From the NCBI GenBank assembly GCA_964553025.1, contig CAZKJF010000007.1:1-62663 (forward strand): a DNA stretch of 62,663 bases, written 5' to 3'. Origin of the DNA: an uncultured Candidatus Saccharibacteria bacterium. GTDB taxonomy: Bacteria; Patescibacteriota; Minisyncoccia; 2-02-FULL-40-12; GWA2-44-9. Every line of letters starts with the position of its first letter. The first letter of the stretch is position 1. The position numbers were made by a program, and so were the translations under genes. Shown in pieces: positions 8,769-17,199 of this stretch. The notes beneath the pieces are model-generated. The model made no database searches. It was not told the DNA's origin and saw only the letters and a list, made by a program, of their open reading frames with translations.

Positions 8769-9815
8769 TTAAGAGCTGCTGCGGCGGGATTCTTTCTGCC
8801 GCGCAACGTCATCAAGCATTTCGACGATAATCGTGGCCACCGGTACCGCCAAAATCATGCCCGGAATGCCCGCCAGCGTCTGGCCGACAAGCAATGCGAT
8901 GATAACCACGACGGGATTGAGATTGAGCGTTTTGCCGAGAATCAGCGGCACCAAGATATGATTTTCAAGCTGCTGAACGACGACGTACAGAATGATCACC
9001 CACAAACCTAGGGATGGCGATTGGAGAAAGGCCAAAAATGCTGCTGGAATGGCGCCGAGTACGGGACCTACCATGGGCACTAATTCCAGCACCATCATCA
9101 AGAGGCTCAAAATCAAGGCGAATTTAATATTTAGCAGCGACAGCCCGATATATACCATCAAGCCGACGATAAGACCCAGGAGCAGCTGGCCCTGGAACCA
9201 TTTGCCGACTTTCTTTTCGACGCGTTTCCAGAGGCCGGTGACATAGCTTTCATACTGCTCCGGCACTACGGATCCCAAAAAAGTTTCGATGCCCTTGCGC
9301 GTCACCGACAGATAGAACGAGATGACAAGAATCGCAAAAAACGAGAAGACGCCGCCGAACACGCTGACGATCAAACCGACAATAGACTGCGAGGCCTGCT
9401 GAAGATATGAAGAAAATCCTTCCAGGATATTCTCGATCTCGTTCAAAAAATCAAAATATTGGGGCGAAGAGTTTTGGACGTGCTCCAGCGAACCGACTAC
9501 TTTCTGAACGAACTCCGGCAGCGCCGTCGTGAGCCGGCTGATGTCATCGGAAATATAGGGCACGATCAGCGACGAAACGAACACCGCCAGACCCAGCACG
9601 GACAGGTACAGGAGCAGAACGCCCAGAATGCGCGGAAATCTTTTTTCATCAAGCCAATTTGCAAAGGGCGAAATTGCCGACGCGAGCACGAGCGCGAAAA
9701 GAAAGATAATAATTACTTCTTTCAGGGCATAGAGGAACACAAAGAGCAGCACAATGAGAATCGTGCGGAGAATGCTGCTGGTCGAGATGTCGAGCTGAAG
9801 ACGTTCGGATGCCAT
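8769..9815 (-). CDS. AI-2E family transporter (PerM-like permease)
   Basis: 348 aa polytopic membrane protein with the C-terminal GxPG..LAVP pattern of the family. Confidence 0.8.
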   Translation of the reverse strand: MASERLQLDISTSSILRTILIVLLFVFLYALKEVIIIFLFALVLASAISPFANWLDEKRFPRILGVLLLYLSVLGLAVFVSSLIVPYISDDISRLTTALPEFVQKVVGSLEHVQNSSPQYFDFLNEIENILEGFSSYLQQASQSIVGLIVSVFGGVFSFFAILVISFYLSVTRKGIETFLGSVVPEQYESYVTGLWKRVEKKVGKWFQGQLLLGLIVGLMVYIGLSLLNIKFALILSLLMMVLELVPMVGPVLGAIPAAFLAFLQSPSLGLWVIILYVVVQQLENHILVPLILGKTLNLNPVVVIIALLVGQTLAGIPGMILAVPVATIIVEMLDDVARQKESRRSSS

Positions 9816-11108
9816 TTAGGAAAGCGTTAGCAATTTCTTGAACGGTTCGGAATCTTTGAACGGGCCGATCAAGGCGAGATTCAGGCGGTCATCACGGAAT
9901 ACTTCGCCAGCAATGGTCTTAATTTCCTCGGCCGTAATTGCTTTAATTTTATCCAATTCTTCTTCGGGGGTCAAAACACGGCCCTCAAACAAAACCGGGC
10001 CGGCGTAGGCCTGGGCCACTGAACGGGAGTTTTCAAGCATGATGGCAAGGCTGCCTTCGGTTTTGTCCTTGGCTTTCTGCAGTTCTTCGTCGGTCACCCC
10101 CCCATCCCGGATCTTCTTGATTTCTTCGATGATGACTTTGATTGCGTCGAAGACTTTCTCGTTGTTGACGCCGGCATTGCAGGTAAACAATCCTGTATCG
10201 GTATATTCATCGGCTGACGCGCCGACGTAGTAGGCCAAGCCGCGCTTATCGCGGACTTCCTGAAAAAGCCGCGAGCTCATGCCGCCGCCGAGAATGGAAG
10301 CCAGCACACCCAGGGGATATTTCCGGCTGTCATGCATGTGAACCCCCCGGAAGCCGAGAATGAAATGGGTCTGATCGGTTTGCTTGAATTGGATCTTGAG
10401 CTGGGGTTCGGATTGCTGCTCCACCACCGATAATTTGGAAACTTTTTCGGCTTGGCGGATAGTTTTGAAATATGATTCGGTTTTGGTTTTGATCTCTTCG
10501 GGATCAATGTTGCCCGCGACCGCAACCACCGTGTTGGAAGCGATATAGTGGGTCGTGAAATAGTCAGCGAATTGCTGGCGGGTCAGTTTTTTGATGACCT
10601 CTTTTTCTCCCGCGATGCCCCAGCCGGCCGGCTGGTCGCCGTACAGCAAATGCTCGAACACTTCTTCGACATGGCGCTGCGGCAAATCCTGATACATATT
10701 GATTTCTTCGATGATGACGCCGCGTTCGCGATCAATTTCTTCCTGATCCAGACGCGAATTCAAGAAAATATCAAAGACGACATCCATGACTTCGGAGAGT
10801 TTTGACGAGCTGGCCCGGGCATAGTAGCCGGTATATTCCTTGCCAGTGAAGGCATTGAAGTCGGCGCCGATGCCTTCAAGCTCTTTGGCGATTTGGAGCT
10901 TGTCGGGACGCTTGGCTGTCCCCTTGAACATCATATGCTCAAGGAAGTGGGAGATGCCGTTAATGTCTTTCGTCTCGTATTTAGAGCCCGTACCGACGAG
11001 CACCAAAACCGTAACGGTTTTGGTGCTCTCCATCGGCACTGCCACCAGGCGCAAGCCGGAGTCGAAGGTATAGAGTTTATGCGGGAATACGGAGGTAATG
11101 GAAGTCAT
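9816..11108 (-). CDS. M16-family zinc peptidase (pitrilysin-like)
   Basis: 430 aa with the inverted zinc motif HFLEHMMFKGT. Confidence 0.9.
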   Translation of the reverse strand: MTSITSVFPHKLYTFDSGLRLVAVPMESTKTVTVLVLVGTGSKYETKDINGISHFLEHMMFKGTAKRPDKLQIAKELEGIGADFNAFTGKEYTGYYARASSSKLSEVMDVVFDIFLNSRLDQEEIDRERGVIIEEINMYQDLPQRHVEEVFEHLLYGDQPAGWGIAGEKEVIKKLTRQQFADYFTTHYIASNTVVAVAGNIDPEEIKTKTESYFKTIRQAEKVSKLSVVEQQSEPQLKIQFKQTDQTHFILGFRGVHMHDSRKYPLGVLASILGGGMSSRLFQEVRDKRGLAYYVGASADEYTDTGLFTCNAGVNNEKVFDAIKVIIEEIKKIRDGGVTDEELQKAKDKTEGSLAIMLENSRSVAQAYAGPVLFEGRVLTPEEELDKIKAITAEEIKTIAGEVFRDDRLNLALIGPFKDSEPFKKLLTLS

Positions 11109-11152
11109 CGGTGGGTTAATTATATAGTATAGCCGAAATGGGAACCATCGTG

Positions 11153-11225
11153 TGTCGGCGGGTGGATTTGAACCACCGACCTGAGCGTTATGAATGCTCC
11201 GCTCTAACCCCTGAGCTACGCCGAC
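11153..11225 (-). tRNA. tRNA-Met or tRNA-Ile2 (anticodon CAU), elongator type
   Basis: Cloverleaf GTCGGCG/CGCCGAC, anticodon loop TTCATAA, T-loop TTCAAAT. No initiator signatures. Confidence 0.9.
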
Positions 11226-11300
11226 ATATCAATCCGAAACCATTTTACGCCATTTTCTTGATTATTTCAATAATTCTGATACAATACAATCACATTCGAT

Positions 11301-11372
11301 CGCGGGGTAGCGCAGCGGTAGCGTGCTGGGCTCATAACCCAGAGGTCGTGGGTTCGAATCCCACCCCCGCAA
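11301..11372 (+). tRNA. initiator tRNA-fMet (CAU)
   Basis: C1xA72 mismatch and three G-C pairs closing the anticodon stem (CTGGG-CTCATAA-CCCAG). Confidence 0.9.
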
Positions 11373-11380
11373 CAAGAAAT

Positions 11381-11416
11381 AAAAACAAGCGACTCATCGC
11401 TTGTTTTTATTTTTCC
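11381..11416 (+). terminator. rho-independent terminator after tRNA-fMet
   Basis: AAAAACAAGCGA-ctca-TCGCTTGTTTTT followed by ATTTTT. Confidence 0.85.
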
Positions 11417-11463
11417 TAAGTTATTATCTCTTACTCCGGAAAGATTTATGCACTCCGAACGTA

Positions 11464-11492
11464 TTGAACAGTAGCTCCTCTTCAGGTAGATT
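11464..11492 (+). promoter_or_regulatory. candidate promoter TTGAAC-17-TAGATT
   Basis: Hexamers and spacing read directly from the sequence, about 55 nt upstream of ATG 11551. Confidence 0.4.
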
Positions 11493-11550
11493 TTAGGAAA
11501 CGCTAATTTCGTATGTCGTACCCTCGCGCGCGAGATACGATCTGTGCCTG

Positions 11551-12018
11551 ATGAACAAAAAACTCTGGTGGGTCATTGGCGCCATTATCGTGGTCGTCAT
11601 AGCCGTGTGGGCAGTACGATGGAATCGGTCCGGCAAGACGGAAGAATCACCGTCCCCGTCGCCGTCATTAATCAGCGAAGTGCCGGTGGAAAGTCCAGCC
11701 AGCGGCATCGGTCCTTCGGGTTCGGCTGCCGGCAGCTCCAGCTACACCAACCTCGTCGCTCAATACAAAGACGCCCGAATCCAATTTGACGCTCATTGCC
11801 AAGCCATTCCCGCAACGGTTTCGATCAAGAACGGAACTAAGATTATGTTCGACAACCGGTCCGGCGATACGCGCTTCATCACCATCAACGGCGTCAGCTA
11901 CCGGTTCCCGGGCTATGGATACTGGATTATCCCGTTGACCAGCACCGCGCTGCCAAAGACTCTGACCCTCAATTGCGGCTCGGCCGTAAACGTCGGGACG
12001 ATCATGATCCAGAAATAG
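11551..12018 (+). CDS. secreted/membrane-anchored hypothetical protein (paralog A)
   Basis: 155 aa: N-terminal TM/signal anchor, Ser/Pro-rich linker, then a Cys-containing C-domain. That domain is about 45% identical to the product of 12086-12565 (RIQFDAxCQA...DNRS...YGY...NCGxAVNV). Confidence 0.7.
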   Translation: MNKKLWWVIGAIIVVVIAVWAVRWNRSGKTEESPSPSPSLISEVPVESPASGIGPSGSAAGSSSYTNLVAQYKDARIQFDAHCQAIPATVSIKNGTKIMFDNRSGDTRFITINGVSYRFPGYGYWIIPLTSTALPKTLTLNCGSAVNVGTIMIQK

Positions 12019-12027
12019 CAGGAAGAG

Positions 12028-12072
12028 TTCTCCATCCAAAAGCGGGCCAAAGGCCCGCTTTTGGATGGAGAA
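12028..12072. terminator. bidirectional terminator, 21-bp perfect stem
   Basis: TTCTCCATCCAAAAGCGGGCC-aaa-GGCCCGCTTTTGGATGGAGAA, lying between the convergent paralogs. Confidence 0.8.
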
Positions 12073-12085
12073 CAAACGCGCTTCC

Positions 12086-12565
12086 CTACTGGCCGGAGAT
12101 GTTCGCCTGCAAATTGATGGTCGAAACGTTCACCGCCGGACCGCAATTCACGCCCACCGTGCGCGGCAGCGTGCCGCCCGAGATGGTAATGAGCTGGTAC
12201 CCGTAGGCGCCAAGATTGTACGTCTTGCCGTCTACGACAATCGCGCGCGCTTGATTCGAACGGTTATCAAGCAAGACCTGCGAGCCTGACTTCAGCGCAA
12301 ACGAAGCCGGAGCAGCCTGACAGTTGGCATCGAACTGGATGCGGCTGTTGGCGTAGTCTTTGACCAGCTGGTCATATGAGCGGCCAACGCCGGTCGGCGT
12401 TACCTTCGGCGAAGTTGACGTCTTTGGCGTGGCAGTCGTACCGTGAGCGCTTGATGTCGGAGAAGCGCTCGTACTGGGTGACGGTGCACCCGAATCTCGG
12501 CGGATAAACACCACGGCGGCAATGACAACCACGGCAATGATCACTAGAATCCAAGTATTTTTCAT
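12086..12565 (-). CDS. secreted/membrane-anchored hypothetical protein (paralog B)
   Basis: 159 aa with the same architecture and conserved motifs as the product of 11551-12018. Confidence 0.7.
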   Translation of the reverse strand: MKNTWILVIIAVVVIAAVVFIRRDSGAPSPSTSASPTSSAHGTTATPKTSTSPKVTPTGVGRSYDQLVKDYANSRIQFDANCQAAPASFALKSGSQVLLDNRSNQARAIVVDGKTYNLGAYGYQLITISGGTLPRTVGVNCGPAVNVSTINLQANISGQ

Positions 12566-12645
12566 AGAAAGTTTTTGAGAGTTAAGTTTCTCTATCGACC
12601 TGGTGCCTTGAGTATATCATCTCCGCAGCTCTTAGATATGCACAA

Positions 12646-12675
12646 TTGACAAACTGCTATTCTAAGTGGTAATGT
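12646..12675 (+). promoter_or_regulatory. candidate promoter TTGACA-18-TAATGT (TG-extended)
   Basis: Perfect -35 at 12646-12651; the -10 region reads TGGTAATGT. Lies about 80 nt upstream of ATG 12756. Confidence 0.5.
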
Positions 12676-12755
12676 ATATGTTCGTTCCTTCCATCAAAAA
12701 CAACCCCCTCCCGGGGTCTGATCAACCTCGGGATTCCTGAAAGGTCGTCTGGGAT

Positions 12756-13211
12756 ATGACATACGTTGAATGGCGAAGCAGGCTGGAGGCTCACCGGCTT
12801 AACATCAAGAACCGATTGGCCGGCGCTACACAGTTGCCGCAGGCAAATCTCCACGGCGCGCCCTCGGACCTTCCCGATAAGGCGACGGACGCAGTGGAGA
12901 TCAGCATGTCGGCAACAACTCGCATGGTCTTGTCGCGGATCGCGCAGAAAATTGACGAACTTCTCGCCAGCAAGCACGAGGAGAACTTCAACCTCTGCGA
13001 TAACATGATTCTCGACGAGGAGTGCGGCCAGGAAATTGGGCCGCAGCGATTGCGAGCACTCCTGGATTCTTCTCAATTCGTAGAGATTCCGACGGGCATC
13101 CTGACTCTCGGAATCTGCTTCGACTGCAAGAAGGCCCAGGAAGCCGAGCAACAGGATCGACGGAGACGCAGGGCAGCGCCCCTTACTCTGCCGACCTGGA
13201 ACTCCATCTAG
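12756..13211 (+). CDS. divergent DksA/TraR-family zinc-finger protein
   Basis: 151 aa. The C-terminal half reads LCDNMILDEECGQEIGPQRLRAL...ICFDCKK, which resembles the DksA/TraR C4 finger with atypical spacing. Flanked by its own promoter and terminator. Confidence 0.6.
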   Translation: MTYVEWRSRLEAHRLNIKNRLAGATQLPQANLHGAPSDLPDKATDAVEISMSATTRMVLSRIAQKIDELLASKHEENFNLCDNMILDEECGQEIGPQRLRALLDSSQFVEIPTGILTLGICFDCKKAQEAEQQDRRRRRAAPLTLPTWNSI

Positions 13212-13268
13212 CGAAGCCGCCGTCAAGGGGTTGTAGGCCCATGTGTCCCAGCATGAGCCGGCTCCCCG

Positions 13269-13316
13269 CACCGATGACAAGGTCCCACCTCGTGATGCCT
13301 TGTCATCGGTGTTTTT
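13269..13316 (+). terminator. rho-independent terminator
   Basis: CACCGATGACAAGG-15 nt-CCTTGTCATCGGTG followed by TTTTTATTTT. Confidence 0.8.
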
Positions 13317-13367
13317 ATTTTCCCTGTTTTTGTATAGAATATGGATAGATATGCGTCTTTAATTATT

Positions 13368-13667
13368 ATGGAAAAACCAAACATCCTTAGCGCCGGACAA
13401 ATCCAGACCGAGCTCAAAACGTTGCCTGGCTGGAACTATGCGAACGAAAAAATCTCCAAAGAATTTTCGTTTAACGATTTTTTGGATGCGCTGGGATTCA
13501 TCAACAAACTGGCCCCCTACTTCGAAGAAATGGACCATCATCCCGACATGCACATCATGTACAGCAAGGCCATGTTTGAATTGCAGCGATTCGACATCGG
13601 CGGCAAGGTAACCGACCGCGACATTACGGTCGCCCGCAAGATTGAAGCCGAATATGACAGCCGTTAA
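13368..13667 (+). CDS. pterin-4-alpha-carbinolamine dehydratase (PCD/PhhB family)
   Basis: 99 aa with the DHHPD motif (EEMDHHPDMHIMYSK). The track ORF opens at 13341; ATG 13368 (MEKPN...) is preferred. Confidence 0.85.
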   Translation: MEKPNILSAGQIQTELKTLPGWNYANEKISKEFSFNDFLDALGFINKLAPYFEEMDHHPDMHIMYSKAMFELQRFDIGGKVTDRDITVARKIEAEYDSR

Positions 13668-13714
13668 CCCAATCAAAAAAAGAGGCGGCCGCCTCTTTTT
13701 TTGATTGGGTTAAC
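13663..13714. terminator. perfect 52-bp palindrome / bidirectional terminator
   Basis: GTTAACCCAATCAAAAAAAGAGGCGG|CCGCCTCTTTTTTTGATTGGGTTAAC. It overlaps the PCD stop codon. Confidence 0.8.
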
Positions 13715-13733
13715 GTGGTATTATGCACCCGCC

Positions 13734-13820
13734 GGAAGCGTGCCAGAGTGGTTGAATGGGCCTGACTCGAAATCAGGTATATCCGCAAGGGTATCGGAGG
13801 TTCGAATCCTCCCGCTTCCG
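13734..13820 (+). tRNA. tRNA-Ser (CGA)
   Basis: Type II tRNA with a long variable arm. Anticodon stem-loop CCTGA-CTCGAAA-TCAGG. No encoded CCA. Confidence 0.93.
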
Positions 13821-13823
13821 CAC

Positions 13824-13913
13824 GGTGGGGTGCTCGAGTGGTTTAAGAGGACAGTCTTGAAAACTGTTGTACGGGAAACCGTACCGTGGGTTCGAATCCC
13901 ACCCCCACCGCCA
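13824..13913 (+). tRNA. tRNA-Ser (UGA)
   Basis: Type II tRNA. Anticodon stem-loop ACAGT-CTTGAAA-ACTGT. CCA is encoded. Confidence 0.93.
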
Positions 13914-13954
13914 GTCAAGAAAAACAGTTTTATAGTCTTTCCTTCAATAAATTT

Positions 13955-14260
13955 ATGAGCGCAAAAATTTCAGGCGGCGTCGCCCATGAGTTGCCGACAG
14001 ATTTGCGAAAAGCCCTGTCTTCTGACGCCAAAGCATTGGCGGCGTGGCAAGATATTACCCCGCTTTCCCGCAATGAATGGATTTGCTGGGCTATTTCGGT
14101 TAAAACGTCAGAGAAAAGAAAGGAACATATCGAGAGAGCCGTCTCGGAATTGAAGGAAGGAATGCGTCGCCCGTGCTGCTGGTACGGCTGCGTCCACCGG
14201 AAGGATAAGGCGTTAAGCCCTTCCCAGAAGCTTGTCATCCAGAGAAGAGGCGGGAAATAA
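13955..14260 (+). CDS. YdeI/OmpD-associated-family-like protein
   Basis: 101 aa. PLSRNEWICWAISVKTSEKRKEHIERA resembles that family. Start taken at ATG 13955; the 5' part of the track ORF overlaps a tRNA. Confidence 0.6.
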   Translation: MSAKISGGVAHELPTDLRKALSSDAKALAAWQDITPLSRNEWICWAISVKTSEKRKEHIERAVSELKEGMRRPCCWYGCVHRKDKALSPSQKLVIQRRGGK

Positions 14261-14270
14261 TAATCACGGA

Positions 14271-14474
14271 CTACTTTTTGTACTCTAAAATGTCGCCGGG
14301 CTGGCAGTCTAGAGCTTTGCAAATCGCCTCCAGCGTCGATAATCGGACCGCTTTCGCTTTGCCGTTTTTCAAAACGGAAATGTTTGCCATTGTGATGCCG
14401 ACTTTCTCGGCGAGCTCGGTCACACTCATCTTCCGCTTCGCCAGCACGACGTCGATGTTGATGATGATTGCCAT
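14271..14474 (-). CDS. XRE-family HTH transcriptional regulator (YozG-like)
   Basis: 67 aa: MAIIINIDVVLAKRKMSVTELAEKVGITMANISVLKNGK... Start at the internal ATG, immediately after the stop of the upstream gene. Confidence 0.85.
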   Translation of the reverse strand: MAIIINIDVVLAKRKMSVTELAEKVGITMANISVLKNGKAKAVRLSTLEAICKALDCQPGDILEYKK

Positions 14475-14476
14475 GG

Positions 14477-14959
14477 CTAGATGGTTAATTCGTTCTCCGA
14501 TTGCAGGCCGATCGCATTGTGGAGCAATTTTTGAAGAACGGCGGCAAAGACTGCGATAATGACAGGAGAACACGCCGCGGCAAACCCGATGAAGATCGCG
14601 CCCGGCGCGTCATCGGCTTCCGCAATGAGGAATATAACCGGCATGCCGATCATGTACAGGCCGCTCATGGCGAGCGCGCAGTATTTGATGTATTTCAACG
14701 CTTTCACCGACAATTCCGAGAATGCGGTGCCCCGGTCGATATAATTCAAGAGCTGAAATGCATAATAGAGTGCAAAGAGGAACGGAACTGCCGTCAGGTA
14801 GAGACCGAACAAGATAGCCTCCTGGAGCGGAGCAATAACCGGCCATTCCAGGGCTGCGCCTTTCATAATCGACGGTAAGGCAAAGATACACAGGGCCAAT
14901 ACTGCTATTCCTATAAGGCATAGAACAACCTTGAGAAATAATGTGGATGCTTGTTTCAT
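14477..14959 (-). CDS. DUF2975-like 4-TM membrane protein
   Basis: 160 aa with four hydrophobic helices, paired with a YozG-type regulator as is usual for this family. Paralog of 14969-15445 (shared C-terminal SENELT). Confidence 0.65.
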   Translation of the reverse strand: MKQASTLFLKVVLCLIGIAVLALCIFALPSIMKGAALEWPVIAPLQEAILFGLYLTAVPFLFALYYAFQLLNYIDRGTAFSELSVKALKYIKYCALAMSGLYMIGMPVIFLIAEADDAPGAIFIGFAAACSPVIIAVFAAVLQKLLHNAIGLQSENELTI

Positions 14960-14968
14960 GTTTGAATT

Positions 14969-15445
14969 TTACACAGTTAATTCGTTCTCCGACTTCATCT
15001 CCACGGCATTCTGCAAAATCCGCTCAAACATCGCCGCGGCCGCGGCGATCACAATCGAGCCGAAAGCGATGAAGACCCCCATCATGATGCCGCCGGCGGC
15101 ATCATCGCTACTATGGTTTAACATGATAACTATTTCTTCCGCCATGACAAAACCGATAATGGTTACGGCACAGTATTTGATTGTCCGCAAAGCCTTCACT
15201 GCCGCCGGTGAGAACACTTTGTTTTTTCCGACATACCCCACTACTTTGAATGCCTGAAAAAGCGCCACGAAAAACGGAATCGATCCGGCGTAGACAAGGG
15301 CTATGAACGGATCAAGATACACCTCAAAGAATGCGGCATTCGCGTTCACGCCCTCGACATGGGGCTCCCACAGCAATAAAACAAGGGCGACGATGCCGAT
15401 AAGCACGATGACCGCCTGAAGAAATATTGTTGAGCTTCTTTTCAT
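14969..15445 (-). CDS. DUF2975-like 4-TM membrane protein (paralog)
   Basis: 158 aa with the same topology and the C-terminal motif KSENELTV. Confidence 0.65.
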   Translation of the reverse strand: MKRSSTIFLQAVIVLIGIVALVLLLWEPHVEGVNANAAFFEVYLDPFIALVYAGSIPFFVALFQAFKVVGYVGKNKVFSPAAVKALRTIKYCAVTIIGFVMAEEIVIMLNHSSDDAAGGIMMGVFIAFGSIVIAAAAAMFERILQNAVEMKSENELTV

Positions 15446-15492
15446 GGATGGGTTTATGCGGATTTTATATATTCCTAATCTTACTCTATTGA

Positions 15493-15535
15493 TTATCGTT
15501 TGTCAATATATATTTATCGTTATCTGTGGATAACG
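15493..15535. promoter_or_regulatory. candidate operator: TTATCGTT x2 plus palindrome CGTTATC-tgtg-GATAACG
   Basis: Direct repeats at 15493-15500 and 15514-15521, and a 7-bp inverted repeat at 15518-15535. They lie in the divergent intergenic region upstream of the DUF2975/XRE operon. Confidence 0.35.
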
Positions 15536-15590
15536 GAGATTCTTCAAAAAAGCGGATTGCGAATTCTTTGATTGGCGCTACAATACATGT

Positions 15591-16616
15591 ATGCATCGAC
15601 TCAAACTTTTGCTGTTCGCAATCGGCGGTTTTCTCGTTTCGGGCGGCATCGCCCGGGCTCATGAAGCATATGTTCTTCCCTACGACACGTTTTGGGGCGA
15701 CCTGAAACAGCCATTTAATCCTGAAGCCTTCACCGCCCTGAAAAATCCGCAGAATATTCATTTAACGATAACCGTCATCTTGTGCGTTCTGGCCGGGCTT
15801 GCTTTGAATTTTTTGTTTCGGCGTACTGTCCTCGGCCAGAAAACGAATGCTTTTATCGAACGCTTCGCTCATCTCGGCAGACATTTTATTCGCATCACCA
15901 TTGCCATTGCGCTGTTTTTCTCGGCCGCAAGCAACACATTCTTAGGCCCGGAACTTCATGGAAGCTTCTTTCCCTATCCCCGCCTGATACAAATCGCTCT
16001 CTTTGCGATAAGCATCATGATCGCGACGGGATTCCTGACCGAACTCGCCGCATTGGCAAGTATCGCCATCTACATCAGCAGCATGTTTGTATTCGGCCCC
16101 TATGTTTTTACGTACTTAAATTACTTCGGCGAGTTTATCGTCTTGCTGCTGTTTGGAATGCGGGTATTCTCGGTAGACCGATATATATTCGGCCCCCTTC
16201 GCCGGCTCGGTTCACTAAAGAAATACGAAACCGTGATCGTTCGGATATTCTACGGTTTTGCGCTTATCTATGCCGCCATTACCGTCAAACTGCTTCATCC
16301 TGAATTGACGGTTACCGTCGTAAATACCTGGCATTTGACGAAATTCCATTGGCTCTTTCCCTCCGATCCTTTGCTGATAACATTCGGGGCGGGAGTCGTG
16401 GAAACGGTTATCGGACTTTTCATCATTTTCGGCTTTGAAATGCGCCTGACCGTTCTGGTAAGTCTCTTCTACATAACTCTTTCATTGCTGTATTTCCGGG
16501 AGCTGGTGTGGCCTCATCTGCTTCTATACGGCATTTCTTTTAACTTAATCGTGCAGCCGGAGAGATTCACTCTTGACCATATATTCTTCAGAAAGAAACG
16601 AATATCAAAACCATGA
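15591..16616 (+). CDS. polytopic membrane protein (hypothetical)
   Basis: 341 aa with an N-terminal signal-like helix and at least 7 further hydrophobic segments. TACAAT lies 6 nt upstream of the ATG. Confidence 0.7.
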   Translation: MHRLKLLLFAIGGFLVSGGIARAHEAYVLPYDTFWGDLKQPFNPEAFTALKNPQNIHLTITVILCVLAGLALNFLFRRTVLGQKTNAFIERFAHLGRHFIRITIAIALFFSAASNTFLGPELHGSFFPYPRLIQIALFAISIMIATGFLTELAALASIAIYISSMFVFGPYVFTYLNYFGEFIVLLLFGMRVFSVDRYIFGPLRRLGSLKKYETVIVRIFYGFALIYAAITVKLLHPELTVTVVNTWHLTKFHWLFPSDPLLITFGAGVVETVIGLFIIFGFEMRLTVLVSLFYITLSLLYFRELVWPHLLLYGISFNLIVQPERFTLDHIFFRKKRISKP

Positions 16617-17191
16617 CCCAAACTCTTGATTTGAGGAAAAAGCCGGAATCCGAATCAAAGCCGGCGCCGAAGGCGCCGGCACTTGAGACTGTCCAATCCT
16701 CCGCCACGCCGTCTCAGGCAGCGTCCGAGCCCGCTCCGACTGAAATTTCTTGGGAGAGCATCCTGGACACTGCTCCCGCCAAAACCACAGCGTGGTATCT
16801 ATTTCTTGCCCTCGCTATCGGTGCCGGCGCGCTAGTGTGGTTCCGGCACGACTTTTTATTTTCTCTCGTTCTCGTCTTGGCCGGCATCGTCGTCGTCCTC
16901 CGTTCCTATACGATTCCTCAAAAAACCCGCATCATCGTGAACGGCTCTGGAATTACCGTCGGACCCGAGACGTATTACTATCATGAACTGAAATCATTCT
17001 GGCTTGACTATCGCCCGCCCTATGTACGCGAGTTGAGTTTGGAATTCAAGCGAGCATATCGGCCCATGATCCGTCTGCCCATCGAAGCAGGCAACCCCTT
17101 GGAAATCCGTACAATTATGGTACCATATATACCCGAGAAGGAGCATGAGCTGTCATTCCTCGATCAGCTCTCCCGGCGGATCGGGTTTTAA
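16613..17191 (+). CDS. membrane protein (hypothetical)
   Basis: 192 aa: a low-complexity N-terminus, two TM helices, then a small C-terminal domain. There is a 4-nt ATGA overlap with the upstream gene. Confidence 0.7.
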   Translation: MTQTLDLRKKPESESKPAPKAPALETVQSSATPSQAASEPAPTEISWESILDTAPAKTTAWYLFLALAIGAGALVWFRHDFLFSLVLVLAGIVVVLRSYTIPQKTRIIVNGSGITVGPETYYYHELKSFWLDYRPPYVRELSLEFKRAYRPMIRLPIEAGNPLEIRTIMVPYIPEKEHELSFLDQLSRRIGF

Positions 17192-17199
17192 AAATATCT

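Noticed and set aside
11138-11419. ORFs drawn across tRNA genes (also 13701-13958, 39118-39423, 62296-62572 and 59290-59580)
   Set aside because: These regions fold into canonical tRNA cloverleaves, so the ORFs are artefacts of stop-free tRNA sequence.
12657-13280. 207-aa minus-strand ORF covering the DksA-like locus
   Set aside because: It is antisense to an ORF that has a promoter, a terminator and a zinc-finger motif. Its product is low-complexity and Arg/Ser-rich, as expected for a shadow frame in GC-rich DNA.
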